A stretch of 64,000 nucleotides of DNA, from assembly GCA_963804265.1 (NCBI GenBank), contig CAWDPZ010000005.1, forward strand, positions 6,799-70,798, given 5' to 3'. Both the position numbers and the translations under genes were made by a program. Source of the stretch: an uncultured Acidimicrobiaceae bacterium. Its GTDB lineage: Bacteria; Actinomycetota; Acidimicrobiia; Acidimicrobiales; Bog-793. Position 1 is the first letter of the stretch. Every line of letters begins with the position of its first letter. Below the pieces are notes generated by a model, which was not told where the DNA came from, did no database searches, and saw nothing but the letters and a program-made list of their open reading frames with translations. Positions 9,016 through 19,591 of this stretch are shown in pieces.

Positions 9016-10210
9016 CTAAGGCTCTGTCGCCGACCGTGCCCGGCCTGTGGCGGGAAGACCGAGCTCGGCACGGATCGCCTCGGTGTGCTGCCCGAGCGAG
9101 GGCACCGGCTTCATCGGGGTCTCCCGTCCGTCGACGATCACGGGAGCCTGCAGGGCGTGGAAGGTCCCTGCAGGCGAGTCGACCTCGAGCCATCTGTGCC
9201 TCGCCGCGAGCTGTGGGTGGTCGAACAGCTCCACAGGAGAGCGCAGTCGGGCGTTCGCGATGCCAACGGAGTCGAGGAGCGCCACGACCTCCGAGGCGGC
9301 GAGGTCGGCCAGGGATCCCTCCACGATCGACCGGAGCTCCGCGTCGTGCTCGACCCGGTCGGTGTTGGTCGAGAAACGGGCGTCGGTGGCAAGACCGGGG
9401 CTCCGCAGGACCTTCTCGCAGAACACCGCCCACTCCCGTTCGTTCTGAATCCCGATGAACACCTCGGTCCCGTCGGAGGTGGCGTAGGCGCCGTAGGGGG
9501 AGATCGAGGCGTGTCGGGAGCCTGTCCGGCGCACGGGGCGTTCGCCATAGCCGTAGTAGTAGGCGGGCTGGCTCATCCACTCGCCGAGCGCATCGAGCAG
9601 CGAGATCTCGAGGTTCGTGCCGAGCCCGGTCCGCTCGCGCTCGTAGAGAGCGGCGAGTATGCCGCTGTAGGCGTACATCCCGGCCGAGATGTCCGCCACC
9701 GAGATGCCGACCTTGACCGCCTCCTCGGGTGTTCCCGTCACGGCCAGCACGCCCGCTTCGCACTGCACGAGGAGGTCGTAGGCCTTCTTGTCGCGATAGG
9801 GACCGTCCGAGCCGTAACCCGAGACCGAGCAGGTGATCAGCCGTTCGTGCCGCTGCCGCAGTGCCGCGTGCCCCGAGCCCGAGGCGGTCGGCCGCACCGG
9901 GGGCGAGGTTCTGGATGAAGACGTCGGCCCGGTCGATCAGCGCGTCGAGCACCGCGCGGTCGTCGGGACCCTTGAGGTCGAGCTCGATGCTCTCCTTGCC
10001 CCGGTTCAACCAGACGAAGTAGCTCGACTGGCCGAGGACGGAATGGTCGTAGTCGCGGGCGAAGTCGCCCGTGCCCGGCCGCTCGACCTTGATCACCCGC
10101 GCGCCGAGATCGGCGAGCTGGCGGGTGGCAAAGGGTGCCGCGACGGCCTGCTCGAGCGCGACGACGGTGATCCCGCCGAGGGTGCCCGCCGGTGGCCGAG
10201 CCGCGCTCAT
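9016..10210 (-). pseudogene. Family III (CaiB/BaiF) CoA-transferase, one frame disruption
   Basis: The 8984..10210 frame (GITVVALEQAVAAPFATRQLADLGARVIKVERPGTGD...NLAPGAADRLGLG) joins the 9016..9897 frame (HAALRQRHERLITCSVSGYGSDGPY...). The junction is at the CCCC run 9871-9874. Removing one base restores RLGLGHAALRQRH. Confidence 0.85.
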
Positions 10211-10216
10211 CCGGCC

Positions 10217-11373
10217 TCAGCTGAGCGGGTTGCGCTGGATCAGCTGGCGGGCGATGACGTTGCGCTGGATCTCGTTCGTCCCTTCGCCGACGATCATGAG
10301 CGGGGCGTCCCGGAAGTACCGCTCGACGTCGAATTCGGTCGAGTACCCGTAGCCGCCGTGGATCCGCATGGCGTCGAGGGCGATCTCCATCGCCGTCTCC
10401 GAGGCGAAGAGCTTCGCCATGCCCGCCTCGAGGTCGGCGCGGGCGCCGGAATCGTACCGCCGCGCCGCGTACAGGACGAGCTGGCGGGCAGCCGTCAGCT
10501 TCGTCGCCATGTCGGCGAGGTAGTTGCCGATCGACTGGTGCTTCCAGATCGGCTTACCGAAGGCCTCTCGTTGTTGTGCGTAGCGAAGCGAGTCCTCGAG
10601 GGCGGCGCGGCCGACGCCGAGCGCACGCGATGCGACCTGTATGCGGCCGATCTCGAGGCCGCGCATCATCTGGGCGAAGCCGTGTCCCTCCTGCCCGCCG
10701 AGGAGGCAGGACGCGTCGACGCGCAGCTCGTCGAAAGCTATCTCGCAGCTCTCGACGCCCTTGTAGCCGAGCTTCGGAAGGTCGCCGCGAGACGCTGAAG
10801 CCCGGGCCCTTCTCCACGAGCAGGATGCTGATGCCCCGGTGCGCCGGCTCCGCCGTCGGGTCGGTCTTGCACAAAAGGGCGATGAGCTCGGAGCGACGGG
10901 CATTGCTGATCCAGATCTTCGACCCGTTTATGACGTAACGGTCGTGGTCGCGGATCGCCGTCGTCCTGATCGCCTGCAGGTCCGAGCCGCCGCCGGCTTC
11001 GGTGAGGGCCATGGTCGCCCGGAGCGCGCCGGTGGACATCGCCGGCAGGTAGCGGTCCTTTTGCGCCTCCGTGCCGTGGTCGAGCGAGCAGCTTGGCGAC
11101 GACGGTGTGGCCGCCCATCGCTCCGGCGAGGCTCATCCAGCCCCGGGACAGCTCCTCGGTCACGAGGGCGTAGCACGAGGTGCTCACGCGCACGTTCCCC
11201 CAGGGCTCCGGGATGGCCAGCCCGAAGATCCCGAGCTGTTTCATCTGCTCGATGAGCGCTTCGGGATAGGTGTTGGCGTGCTCGAGCTCCTGCACGACCG
11301 GCAGCACCTCGCGGGCGACGAAGAGCCGCACGACCTCGACGATCGCCTGCTCCTCGTCGCTCAGCTCGTCCAT
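10217..11373 (-). pseudogene. Acyl-CoA dehydrogenase, two frame disruptions
   Basis: Three pieces are involved: 10738..11373 (N-terminus), 10554..11039 (ALTEAGGGSDLQAIRTTA...INGSKIWISNA) and 10217..10903 (...YSTEFDVERYFRDAPLMIVGEGTNEIQRNVIARQL). Junctions lie near 11090 and 10800. Confidence 0.85.
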
Positions 11374-12597
11374 CGCCCTCCAGTCGCAGCCGACGACCTA
11401 GCGGGGACGTGCTCGCGCAGCACCTCGACCGCATGTTCCCACGTCCAGCTCGATCTCTCGAGGTCGAGGCCACGGGTGCAGTCGGCGAGCTTGGCAGCGA
11501 GATCGTCGCGTCCGGCGGCCTTCTGCGGCGAGCCCGGAGGGAACCTCTGGCTCGCCGAGAGCACCGTGCCGTCGGTGATCTCCACCTCGGCGGTGAGCCT
11601 GCCGGAGAGCAGGTCGGTCCCGCCCGGCTCGAGGTCGACCTCGACCATCCCCATGATCTCCCGCGCCTCGTGCCTCGCGTACCGCGGCGTCGGTGAAGCA
11701 GTCGAGTCCCTGGTGGGCGTCGAGGAGCGCCGTGGCGGCCGCGTACTCGATGCTGAACTTGCCTTCCAGCCCCGTCGTAGGGGCGTGGTGGATCAGCGGC
11801 TCCACGGTGGAGGCGGCGGTGTGCAGCACGATCCGCACGACGTCACGCCAGTCCTCCACCTCGCCGGCGAGCCCGGCGAGGGCGCTGATGGGCCGCTGCA
11901 GCGCATAGCAGCAGGGGTAGATCTTCGTCGCCAGGCCTCCAGGAACAGCTGGTCCGCAAAGGTCCAGAGCCGCCGGGTCACCGCCGACGAGGCGCATCCA
12001 CACCTCGAGGGCGGAAGGATCTCCGCGGGCTCCGTCGCCGGCGAGCCTCGCCGCGCGCATCCCCGCCTCCACCGCGAAGCCGACCTGGAGCGCCTTGCCG
12101 TCGGTGCCGAACGACCGCTGCACGCCACCGGCGGCCGGCACCGAGAGGGCGATCGCCGCCGCGGTCTGCTCGGGATCGAGGCCCCAGGCGACGGCCGCAC
12201 CCGCGGCCGCCGCAGGCGCCCCGGCGGTGCAGGTCGCGTGCCACCCGGCCGAGTAGTGCGCCCAGCCGAGGGCGTTGCCGAGCCGTGCCATCACGCCTGC
12301 GGCCGCGAGGTAAGCCCTCGCGCCGCCCCCGGCGGCGAGGGCCGTCGGCACGCAGACGGCGCTGACGTGCGTCGTCGAGGGCACGTGGAGGTCGTCGTAG
12401 TCGAGGACGTGGGCGGCGACGGCCCAGCGCGGTCCGTCGTCGAACCAACGCGTCAGCTCGACGAGCGGGTCTGATCTCGCGGCGAGCATCACCGCCAGCG
12501 AGTCGCGAAGCGACCGGTCGGCGAGCTCGCAGTCGGCCGCACCGGGCCGGAGGTCGTGTGCCCACTGGGCAAGCGCCTCGGCCGGCGTGGTGCTCAA
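11361..12597 (-). pseudogene. MmgE/PrpD-family protein, one frame disruption
   Basis: The 11398..12597 frame is good through ...FSIEYAAATALLDAHQGLDCFTDAAVRE. It then switches near 11670 to the 11361..11654 frame (MGMVEVDLEPGG...PPGSPQKAAGRDDLAAKLADC). Confidence 0.8.
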
Positions 12598-12681
12598 TTG
12601 CCCCTCACCCGGACAGCGACACGCCGGGACCGCCCTGTGCGACCGGCCGCGGCGGGATCGGGCGGTACGACCGGCCGGGCT

Positions 12682-13557
12682 TCAGCTCGAGCGCTCGACG
12701 ACACGGTTGCGCAGGGTGCCGAAGGGCGGGCAGGTGATCTCGACGACGTCGCCGTCGACGAGGAACTCCGGGGGTTCTCGCCAGACTCCCACCCCCGCCG
12801 CCGTCCCGGTCAAGATGACGTCGCCCGGCAGAAGCGCCATCCCGAGCGAGAGGTACGAGATCAGCTTCGGGATCGGGTGGTACATCTCGCCCACCAGGAA
12901 ATCCTGCTTGACGGTTCCGTTCACCGTGAGCACCATGTGCAGTCCCGCCAGATCGGGCACGGACGGGGGAGTGAGTATCGCGGGCCCCAGTGGGCAGAAC
13001 CCGTCGAGGCTCTTGCCCTTGTGCCATTGCGAGGAGGGCCCGTTGGCCGACTGCAGGTCCCTCGCCGAGACGTCGTTGGCGAGGGTGTAGCCGAACACGT
13101 GGCTCATGGCGTCCGCCTCGGCGATGTTCACGCCACCGGTGCCGATCACAACGGCCAGTTCGGCCTCCCAGTCCGCCTTCTCCGTCGCTTTGCGGTCGAG
13201 GACTATGTCGCCCCCCGGCGCGTTGAGCGTCGTCCAGGGTTTCGTGAACACGACCGGGGTCTCCGGCATCGACGAGCTCGCCCGCTTTCCCTCGTCGTGG
13301 TGGCTGACGTAGTTGAGCCCGATGCAGAACATGTTGCGGGGAGGCCGGGTGACGGGGGAGACGAGCGCGACGTCCGCAGGCCAGTGCCCGGCCGCGCCGG
13401 TCGACTCCTCCTCCACGTGCGACCAGGCGCCCTCTCCGGCGGCTATCAGCTCCTCCACCGCCGCGAAACCCCAGTGCCTGAGCGACGCGACCGAGCCGTC
13501 GCCTGTCACCACGCCGCCTTGCTGGCCGTCCGCGGTCTGCACGGTCACGAGGCGCAT
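12682..13557 (-). CDS. Fumarylacetoacetate hydrolase (FAH) family protein
   Basis: Intact 291-aa ORF (FCIGLNYVSHHDEG...DWEAELAVVIG...ANDVSARDLQ...GDVILTGTAAGVG). Confidence 0.9.
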   Translation of the reverse strand: MRLVTVQTADGQQGGVVTGDGSVASLRHWGFAAVEELIAAGEGAWSHVEEESTGAAGHWPADVALVSPVTRPPRNMFCIGLNYVSHHDEGKRASSSMPETPVVFTKPWTTLNAPGGDIVLDRKATEKADWEAELAVVIGTGGVNIAEADAMSHVFGYTLANDVSARDLQSANGPSSQWHKGKSLDGFCPLGPAILTPPSVPDLAGLHMVLTVNGTVKQDFLVGEMYHPIPKLISYLSLGMALLPGDVILTGTAAGVGVWREPPEFLVDGDVVEITCPPFGTLRNRVVERSS

Positions 13558-13594
13558 CGGTTGTCTCCTTGTGTCGGGGGTCTCCGGCCGGCTC

Positions 13595-13972
13595 TCAGCC
13601 GTAGGGCTTGTCTTCGAAGTAGTGGGGCCCGTCGTATATCTCGAACAGTATCGACGGTTCCACCGCCTCGGTGGGGCCGTGCTCGTTGCCGAGCGGGTTC
13701 CAGTAGAAATCGCCCGGTGTCAGCTCGAGCCCGCTCGAGACGTAGTTGTAGCGACCGCTCACGCAGTACATGAACTGGTTGGAGGCGTGCCGGTGGCGCC
13801 GCGGGATGCCCGCCCCCGCCTCGAAGCTGAGCAAGGCGATTGACAGGCCGCCCTCGCGTGCCCAGAGCTCCTTCATGCGAAGCCCGGGGATCTGCGGCAT
13901 CTCCGGCCAGGTCTCGGGCCCGTCGGCTCGGAGGTGGACCTCGCCCCCGGGGCTGTCGTGTTCTTCGGTCAT
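13595..13972 (-). CDS. Cupin-domain protein
   Basis: 125 aa from ATG at 13972 (GIPRRHRHASNQFMYCVSGRYNYVSSGLELTPGDFYWNPLGNEHGP). The ATGA overlaps the upstream amidohydrolase stop. In the ORF track it appears fused into 13595..15400. Confidence 0.75.
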   Translation of the reverse strand: MTEEHDSPGGEVHLRADGPETWPEMPQIPGLRMKELWAREGGLSIALLSFEAGAGIPRRHRHASNQFMYCVSGRYNYVSSGLELTPGDFYWNPLGNEHGPTEAVEPSILFEIYDGPHYFEDKPYG

Positions 13973-15467
13973 GGCAAGGTCCCCTCCTGGGTCTGGGTTT
14001 CGGGCTGAGGATGCGTGCGGTCGAGATAGCGGCCCCGGGGCGCTCCCACCACCTTGGCGTCGCGGAGCACGGGCTCGCCGCGAAGCAGCGTGTGGAGCAC
14101 GCGGGCCTCGAGCGTCATGTTCTCGAAGGGCGTGTACTCCTGGGCGGATCTCGAGTCGGCGGCGTGCACGACCCAGGGGGCGTCGTTCTGCACGAGGGCG
14201 ATGTCGGCGTCGAAACCCTCGGCGATGGCGCCTTTGCGATCGAGGCCGAAACGACGTGCCGGCTCCCAGCTCAGCATGCGGGCGACGGCGTCGTAGCCGA
14301 GCCCCCGGCGGCGGCCCTCGCTGATGAGCCCGGCGAGGAGGTACTCGGTGCCGCCGAAGCCCGACTTGGCGAGGAACACGTCGTCGCGGGGGTCGCCGAA
14401 CTTGACCTCGTCCCGGCAGCAGGCGTGGTCGCTCGCCACCCAGCTGACGTCGCCCGCGCAGCACGTGCTCCCAGAGGGCCTCCACGTCGCGGCGCGGCCG
14501 CAGGGGCGGGTTCACCTTCCCGCCGACGCCCACGGCGGAGTCGCAGTCGGCGAGCAGGTGTCCGATGGTCACCTCGCGGCGGAAGTCGACGGCGGGGAAT
14601 GTCGCGGCCATCTTCATCGCCGCGTCGATCGCCTTCTCGGAGGAGAGATGGAGCAGGTTGATGTTCGCCAGGCCCGTCTCGTAGGCGAGGTAGGAGGCGA
14701 TCGTGACGGCGAGGCCTTCGCTGTGCTGGGGCCGCGAGGCGCTATAGGCGGGAAGCCCCTTCAGCTCGCCGGCCTCCTCGACGAGCTTGGTGTAGGCCGT
14801 CATTATCTCCGGGGTCTCGCAGTGCAGCGAGAGGGAGATCCGGTCCGCGAGGGCGGGCCGGTCGCGCCGGGCGGCTTCGATCGCTCGCATGATGAACTCG
14901 AAGTGCGCCAGGTTGTAGTGCTCCTCCGGCGGCGTCATGAGGAACGAGGACTGGTCCGCCGAGCGTCCGTGCAGCCCGTGGCTCCCGTAGAACATGAAGA
15001 TCTTGAACGAGGTGACGCCGAAGTCGTCGATGATGGAGGGGATCTCGTCGATGTGCTGCTGCATCATCGGCGCGAGGTGGAAGGCGTAGTCGACGAGCGG
15101 GCGGCCCTGCGTCCTCTCCAGCACCTCGGGGAAGAATGTCCGGTACGGCCCAGAGCGGTTCAGGTAGTACTGGCCGGTGCGCATGTAGTTGATGGATGTC
15201 GTGACCCCGCCCTGCGCGCAGGCGCGGCTTTCGACGACGGCGTCGACCTCGATCGGGTTGTAGATGCCCCAGTGCTGATGCGCGTCCACGACCCCGGGGA
15301 CGGCGACGAGCCCGGAGGCGTCGAGGGAGTCGTCAGCGTCGGAGCCGGCCAGCTCGCCGACGGCGGCGATGCGCCCGCCGACGATACCGATGTCGGCCAC
15401 CTTCGGCTCGGGGTCGTCGTGGCGCGGCGACGGCTGCGCCCCGGACGATCAGGTCGTAACGTGCCAT
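13969..15467 (-). pseudogene. Hydantoinase/dihydropyrimidinase-type cyclic amidohydrolase, 1-2 frame disruptions
   Basis: The 13595..15400 frame (GVVDAHQHWGIY...SLHCETPEIM...GGKVNPPLRPRRDVEALWEHVL) switches near 14450 to the 13969..14439 frame (ASDHACC...GFDADIALV...). A likely N-terminus, MARYDLIVRG from ATG at 15467, lies in yet another frame. The alternative is a GTG start at 15400. Confidence 0.8.
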
Positions 15468-15605
15468 CAGCCGCGCGCGACCCTGCGTGGGCGAGAAACG
15501 TGCGTGTTCCGCTTCGCGGACATCTGTTCCAACTTAGCGGCGTGCCGCCGCCCGCGAACGGATGCGCTCGGCGCCGCGGACCTGACCGGCGCAACGGGCG
15601 TGTTG

Positions 15606-16584
15606 TCAGCCAGGGCGGCTCCAGTCCCCTGATTCGGCCAGGAGCCGCCGTGCGGCACGGGCGACAGCCTCGTCGACCATCTTCCCCTGGCCGTCGCGTG
15701 TCACCGCGCCACCCCGGGCTCTGGCCGAGTCGTAGCGGGCGAGGAGCTTCGAGCCTCGGCGAGCTCTCCTTCGCTCGGGCGGAAGATGTCCCGCACGATA
15801 GGGATCTGGCTGGGATGGATCACCGTCCTGCCGCTGAACCCGAGCCGTCGCAAGCGCATAGTCGAGGCCCGCAGGCGCTCGAGGTCGTCGATGGCCGTCT
15901 CGGCCGAACCGACCGGTGGCTCGATGCGGGCGGCCCGCGACACGGCGACGACGAGGCTGCGCCAGGGGAGGAGCTCGATCTCGTCGTCGCTCACCTGGAT
16001 CCCGAGATCGGCCATGAGGTCCCTCTCGCCGATCTGGATCCGCGTCACCCGGGGTGCCCGTGCGAGAGCGCGCATCTCCTCGAGGCCGGTGGCCGACTCG
16101 ATCAAGGGGACGACGGCCACCGAGCCGGCGGGCAGCTGGCGCGCCGCCTCGAGGCGGGAGAGATGGCGGTCGAGCTCCTCGAGATCCCCGAGCAGCTCCG
16201 CCTTCGGGTAGACGACTCCGGTGGCCGCGGGGATGCACGGCAGCCCCGAGGTCCAAGAGCAGCTCCTCCTCGCCGACCGCCGAGCGTGGGTTGACCCGGA
16301 CCCAGATCGGCGCCGGTCCTCGGACCTGGTGTTCTCAGATAGGCGGCGACGAACTCGCGGGCCTCGGGCTTGGCCGAGGAGGCGACGCCGTCCTCCAGGT
16401 CGAAGATGAGCGCGTCGGCCCCCCGCTTCTCTGCTCCTTCGAGCATCGCTTGATTGTCACCTGGGACATAGAGGAGCGTGCGCGCGATTGTCAGGGGTGA
16501 CCTCCGACGGACTTCGGGTACGGATTTATGGAACAGTATTCCAGTTCCTGGAGCATCCTGCGCTTGGCCGGGGGCGGAGGCCAT
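15606..16584 (-). pseudogene. HpcH/HpaI aldolase / citrate-lyase beta (CitE)-like acyl-CoA lyase, three frame disruptions
   Basis: RTLLYVPGDNQAMLEGAEKRGADALIFDLEDGV (16102..16584 frame) leads to IWVRVNPRSAVGEEELLLDLGAAV, then to VVYPKAELLGDLEELD...VPLIESATGLEEMRAL...GFSGRTVIHPSQI (15701..16120 frame), then to KLLARYDSARARGGAVTRDGQGKMVDEAV. Junctions lie near 16335, 16232 and 15745. The start codon is uncertain. Confidence 0.7.
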
Positions 16585-16635
16585 GGTGAAGATGGCCCAT
16601 GGTGCAGATCACCCATGGTGGAGCTGCCCATGGTG
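16581..16635. repeat. Four direct copies of CCATGGTG with a 16/16/15-bp period
   Basis: The copies are at 16581-16588, 16597-16604, 16613-16620 and 16628-16635, read directly. They lie at the junction of the divergent CitE-like and flavoprotein genes. Each copy carries ATG on both strands. Confidence 0.8.
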
Positions 16636-18098
16636 GAGATGAGGAGGAGGCCGGCCTGCCTGACCTGACGACGCCCGAGGTGGACGGGAGACCGGTTATC
16701 ACCGCCGACCTGGTCGCGAAAGCGCGCGCGGGCGCCGCGCCGTCCGACGGTGTCGACCTCGTGGTCGCCGGGGCCGGGGGCGGGCTCGCCGGAGCGATCC
16801 GGGCCGCCGAGCTCGGGCTGCGCGGTGCTCGTGATCGACTCCAGCCCGCACTTCGCGAACGGGAACAACACCTCGATGTCGACGGCGATGCTCCCCGGCG
16901 CCGGCACCCGCTGGCAGGCGGAGGCGGGGATCGAGGACTCGCCCGAGCTGTTCGTCGAGGACATCCTGCGCAAGACCGGATACGAGGCCGACCTTCCCCT
17001 CGCCGTGGGCCTGGCACAGCTCAGCGCCCGGCTCGTCACGTGGCTCGCCGACGACGTCGGCCTGCCGATCGAGCTGACGGTCGACTTCGCCTATCCGGGT
17101 CACAGCCGACTGCGCTGCCACACCATCCCGCGGAGGAAAGGCGCCCTCTTGTTGGCCGGGCTGCTCGAGCGCGCCATGTCCTCGGTCGGCATCGACCTGC
17201 TCGTTCCGGCCCGACTCGTCGACGTGGCGGAGTCGGATCACACGATCACCGGGGCCGTCGTCGAGTACCCGGACGGCGGCTCGGGAGGAGATACCGTGCC
17301 GTGCGGTGCTGCTTGCCACGAACGGCTTCGGGGCGGCCCCCGAGCTCGTCCGCCGGCACATCCCCGAGATCGCGGCCGCCCGGTACCACGGCAGCTCGGA
17401 GTCGCGCGGAGACGCCCTGCGTATCGGGGCCGAGCACGGGGCCGCGACCGCCTTCCTCGACGCCTACCAGGGTCACGGAGCCGTCGCGACACCGCACGCG
17501 ACCCTGGTGGGGTGGGCGACGATCATGCACGGCGCGCTGCTTGTCAACCAGGACGGGCGCCGTTTCGGCGACGAGACCTCCGGCTACTCCGAGTTCGCTC
17601 GCGAGGTGGTCGCCCAGCCGGGCTCTACCGCCGTGCTCGTGCTCGACAAGCGCATCCACGACGCCTGCCTCGTCTTCGACGACTACTGCCAGACGGTCGA
17701 TTCGGGTGCGTTGCGATGGGCGGACGATGCGGCCGAGCTGGCGCGGAGCTTCGGCATCGATCCGGCTCCGCTCGGCGGCCACGCTCGAGGAGGCCGGCAA
17801 GTGCGCCCGCGAGGGCGGGACCGACCGGTTCGGCCGCTCCTCATGGGAGGCCGCGCTGCGGGCGCCGCTCGCCGGCGTGCGTGTGACCGGGGCGCTCTTC
17901 CACACCCAAGGGGGACTGCGCGTCGACGAGCACGCAAGGGTGCTCCGCGCCGATGGGTCGCCGATCGAGGGCCTTTACGCCTCGGGCGGGGCCGCCATGG
18001 GCATCTCGGGGCACGGGGCCGCCGGCTATCTGGCGGGCAACGGGCTGCTGTCGGCGCTGGGACTGGCGTTTCTCGCCGCGGAACACGCCGCCTCCTGA
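16599..18098 (+). pseudogene. FAD-dependent oxidoreductase of the fumarate reductase/succinate dehydrogenase flavoprotein type (KstD/TcuA-like), at least 3 frame disruptions
   Basis: DLVVAGAGGGLAGAIRAAELG (16599 frame) leads to VLVIDSSPHFANGNNTSMSTAMLPGAG... (16750 frame), then to LLATNGFGAAPELVRRHIPE...AYQGHG... (17306 frame), then back to ...ALFHTQGGLRVDEHARVLRADGSPIEGLYASGG (16599 frame). Confidence 0.75.
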
Positions 18099-18180
18099 CT
18101 TTCTCGCCTGAGGCCCGAGGACCTCGACGACGCCCTGCGGGCCGGCGGCGGCACGAGGGCGACCTCTCGACTGGCAAAGG

Positions 18181-18220
18181 CGCGGTAGGTATTATTGATA
18201 CCGCGTTCCGAAGAACGGAA
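18181..18220. other. Two adjacent small inverted repeats (CGCGGTA-N11-TACCGCG and TTCCG-N5-CGGAA)
   Basis: Read directly. The first loop is the AT-rich GGTATTATTGA. The site is about 85 nt downstream of the flavoprotein stop and about 215 nt upstream of the monooxygenase gene. Confidence 0.3.
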
Positions 18221-18433
18221 CCGCTTGCGTGCCTCCTCGAGCCGGCAGGCCGTGCGCCGGAGAAGCGGGGCACGCACCACGGCCTCGGGGGACAGGAGCA
18301 GGCAGTGCGACTTGGCACAGTCAGGATCGGTGGCGGCGGCGGCCGCGTCACCGTCGTCGCCGCGGAAGCGAGGCGAGCCGGAGACGCGGCTGCGCCTCGT
18401 GGACGAGCAGGCCTGATCCTGTGGCACCTCCTC

Positions 18434-19548
18434 CTGAAGGCGGTCGTCCTCGGGGGAGGCATCGGCGGCCTAACCGCGGCCTTGAGCCTGCTCGCGGTGG
18501 GGGTCGAGGTGCAGGTCTTCGAGCAGGCGCCGTCGTTCTCCGAGATAGGTGCCGGGATCCAGGCTTCGCCGAACTCGGCGTGGGTCCTCGTCCATCTCGG
18601 CCTCGCCGACTCGCTCGACGCGGTGGGCGTGCGGCCGGACCGCCTCGAGAGCCGCCACTGGGAGGACGGACGGCTCCTCGGCACGCACGAGGTGAACGGG
18701 GACCCGCCCCCCTACGGGGCGCCCCACTACCTCATGCACCGGGCGGATCTTCTTCGCACCCTTGTCGACGCGCTGCCCGAAGGCGTGATCTCCCTTGGAA
18801 GACGTGCCGTCTCCCTGGAACACGACGGCGACCGGCGAAGGTCGCCTTCGCCGACGGCGGCGAGGCATCGGCCGATGTGGTCATCGCCGCTGACGGCATC
18901 CATTCGGTCGTGAGGTCGTTGCTCTTCGGGCCGGACCTGCCCAGCTTCTCGGGCACGGTCGCCTACCGAGGCCTCGTCCCGGCGCACAAGGTGGCCAGTC
19001 TCGCCATCCCGAACACTTCGACGAAATGGTGGGGCCCGACTCCAGAGCACCATCTCGTCCACTACCACATCGCCGGCGGCCGGCTCGTGAACGTGGTCGG
19101 GGTCGTGCCCGAGCAGTGGGAGACCGAGTCCTGGACGACCAAGGGCGACGTCTCCGACTTCGCGCGGGCCTTCGCCGAGTTCCACAGCCCCGTCCCCGAG
19201 CTCGTCGGGGCAGTCGAGGAGGTCTACAAGTTCGCCATCCACGACAGGCCACCGCTCCGGAGCTGGACCGTCGGCAGGGTGAGCCTGCTCGGCGACGCGG
19301 CCCATCCGATGGTGCCCTTCATGGCCCAGGGCGCCGCCATGGCGATCGAGGACGCCGCCATCCTCGCCCGCTGTTTGCACGGGGCGGGCAGGGCCGAGGT
19401 CACCGGAGCCCTTGTCCGTTACGACCGCACGCGGCGCGATCGTACGGACCGGATGCAGCTCGGCTCCCGCATGGACACCTCCGACACCTGGAATGCGCGT
19501 GACTGGGTCTACGGCTATGACGCCTACACTGCGCCCTTGCTAGATTGA
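18434..19548 (+). pseudogene. FAD-dependent aromatic-ring monooxygenase (salicylate/3-hydroxybenzoate hydroxylase-like), one frame disruption
   Basis: KAVVLGGGIGGLTAALSL...GIQASPNS (tail of the 17306..18913 frame) switches near 18835 to the 18229..19548 frame (ADVVIAADGIHSVVR...LLGDAAHPMVPFMAQGAAMAIEDA). The start codon is unclear (no ATG or GTG before KAVVLGGG). Confidence 0.8.
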
Positions 19549-19591
19549 AACATGATTTCGCTAGCCGGGACGAAGCCGCCGAGCTCTCGTC

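Noticed and set aside
11071-12474. Long ORFs antisense to, or out of frame with, well-supported genes. Examples are 11071..12474 +, 14324..16294 +, 26093..27964 -, 32580..34754 -, 42599..44794 -, 54050..55288 - and 55310..57715 -.
   Set aside because: Their translations are Arg/Pro/Gly/Ala-rich and low in complexity, with no family motifs. They lie opposite genes that have clear conserved motifs. These are the typical shadow ORFs of about 70% GC DNA.
13595-15400. A single 601-aa protein spanning the amidohydrolase and cupin sequences.
   Set aside because: The amidohydrolase C-terminal third lies in another frame (13969..14439) and ends in an ATGA overlap with a separate 125-aa cupin gene. 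The long ORF is a read-through created by a frame disruption.
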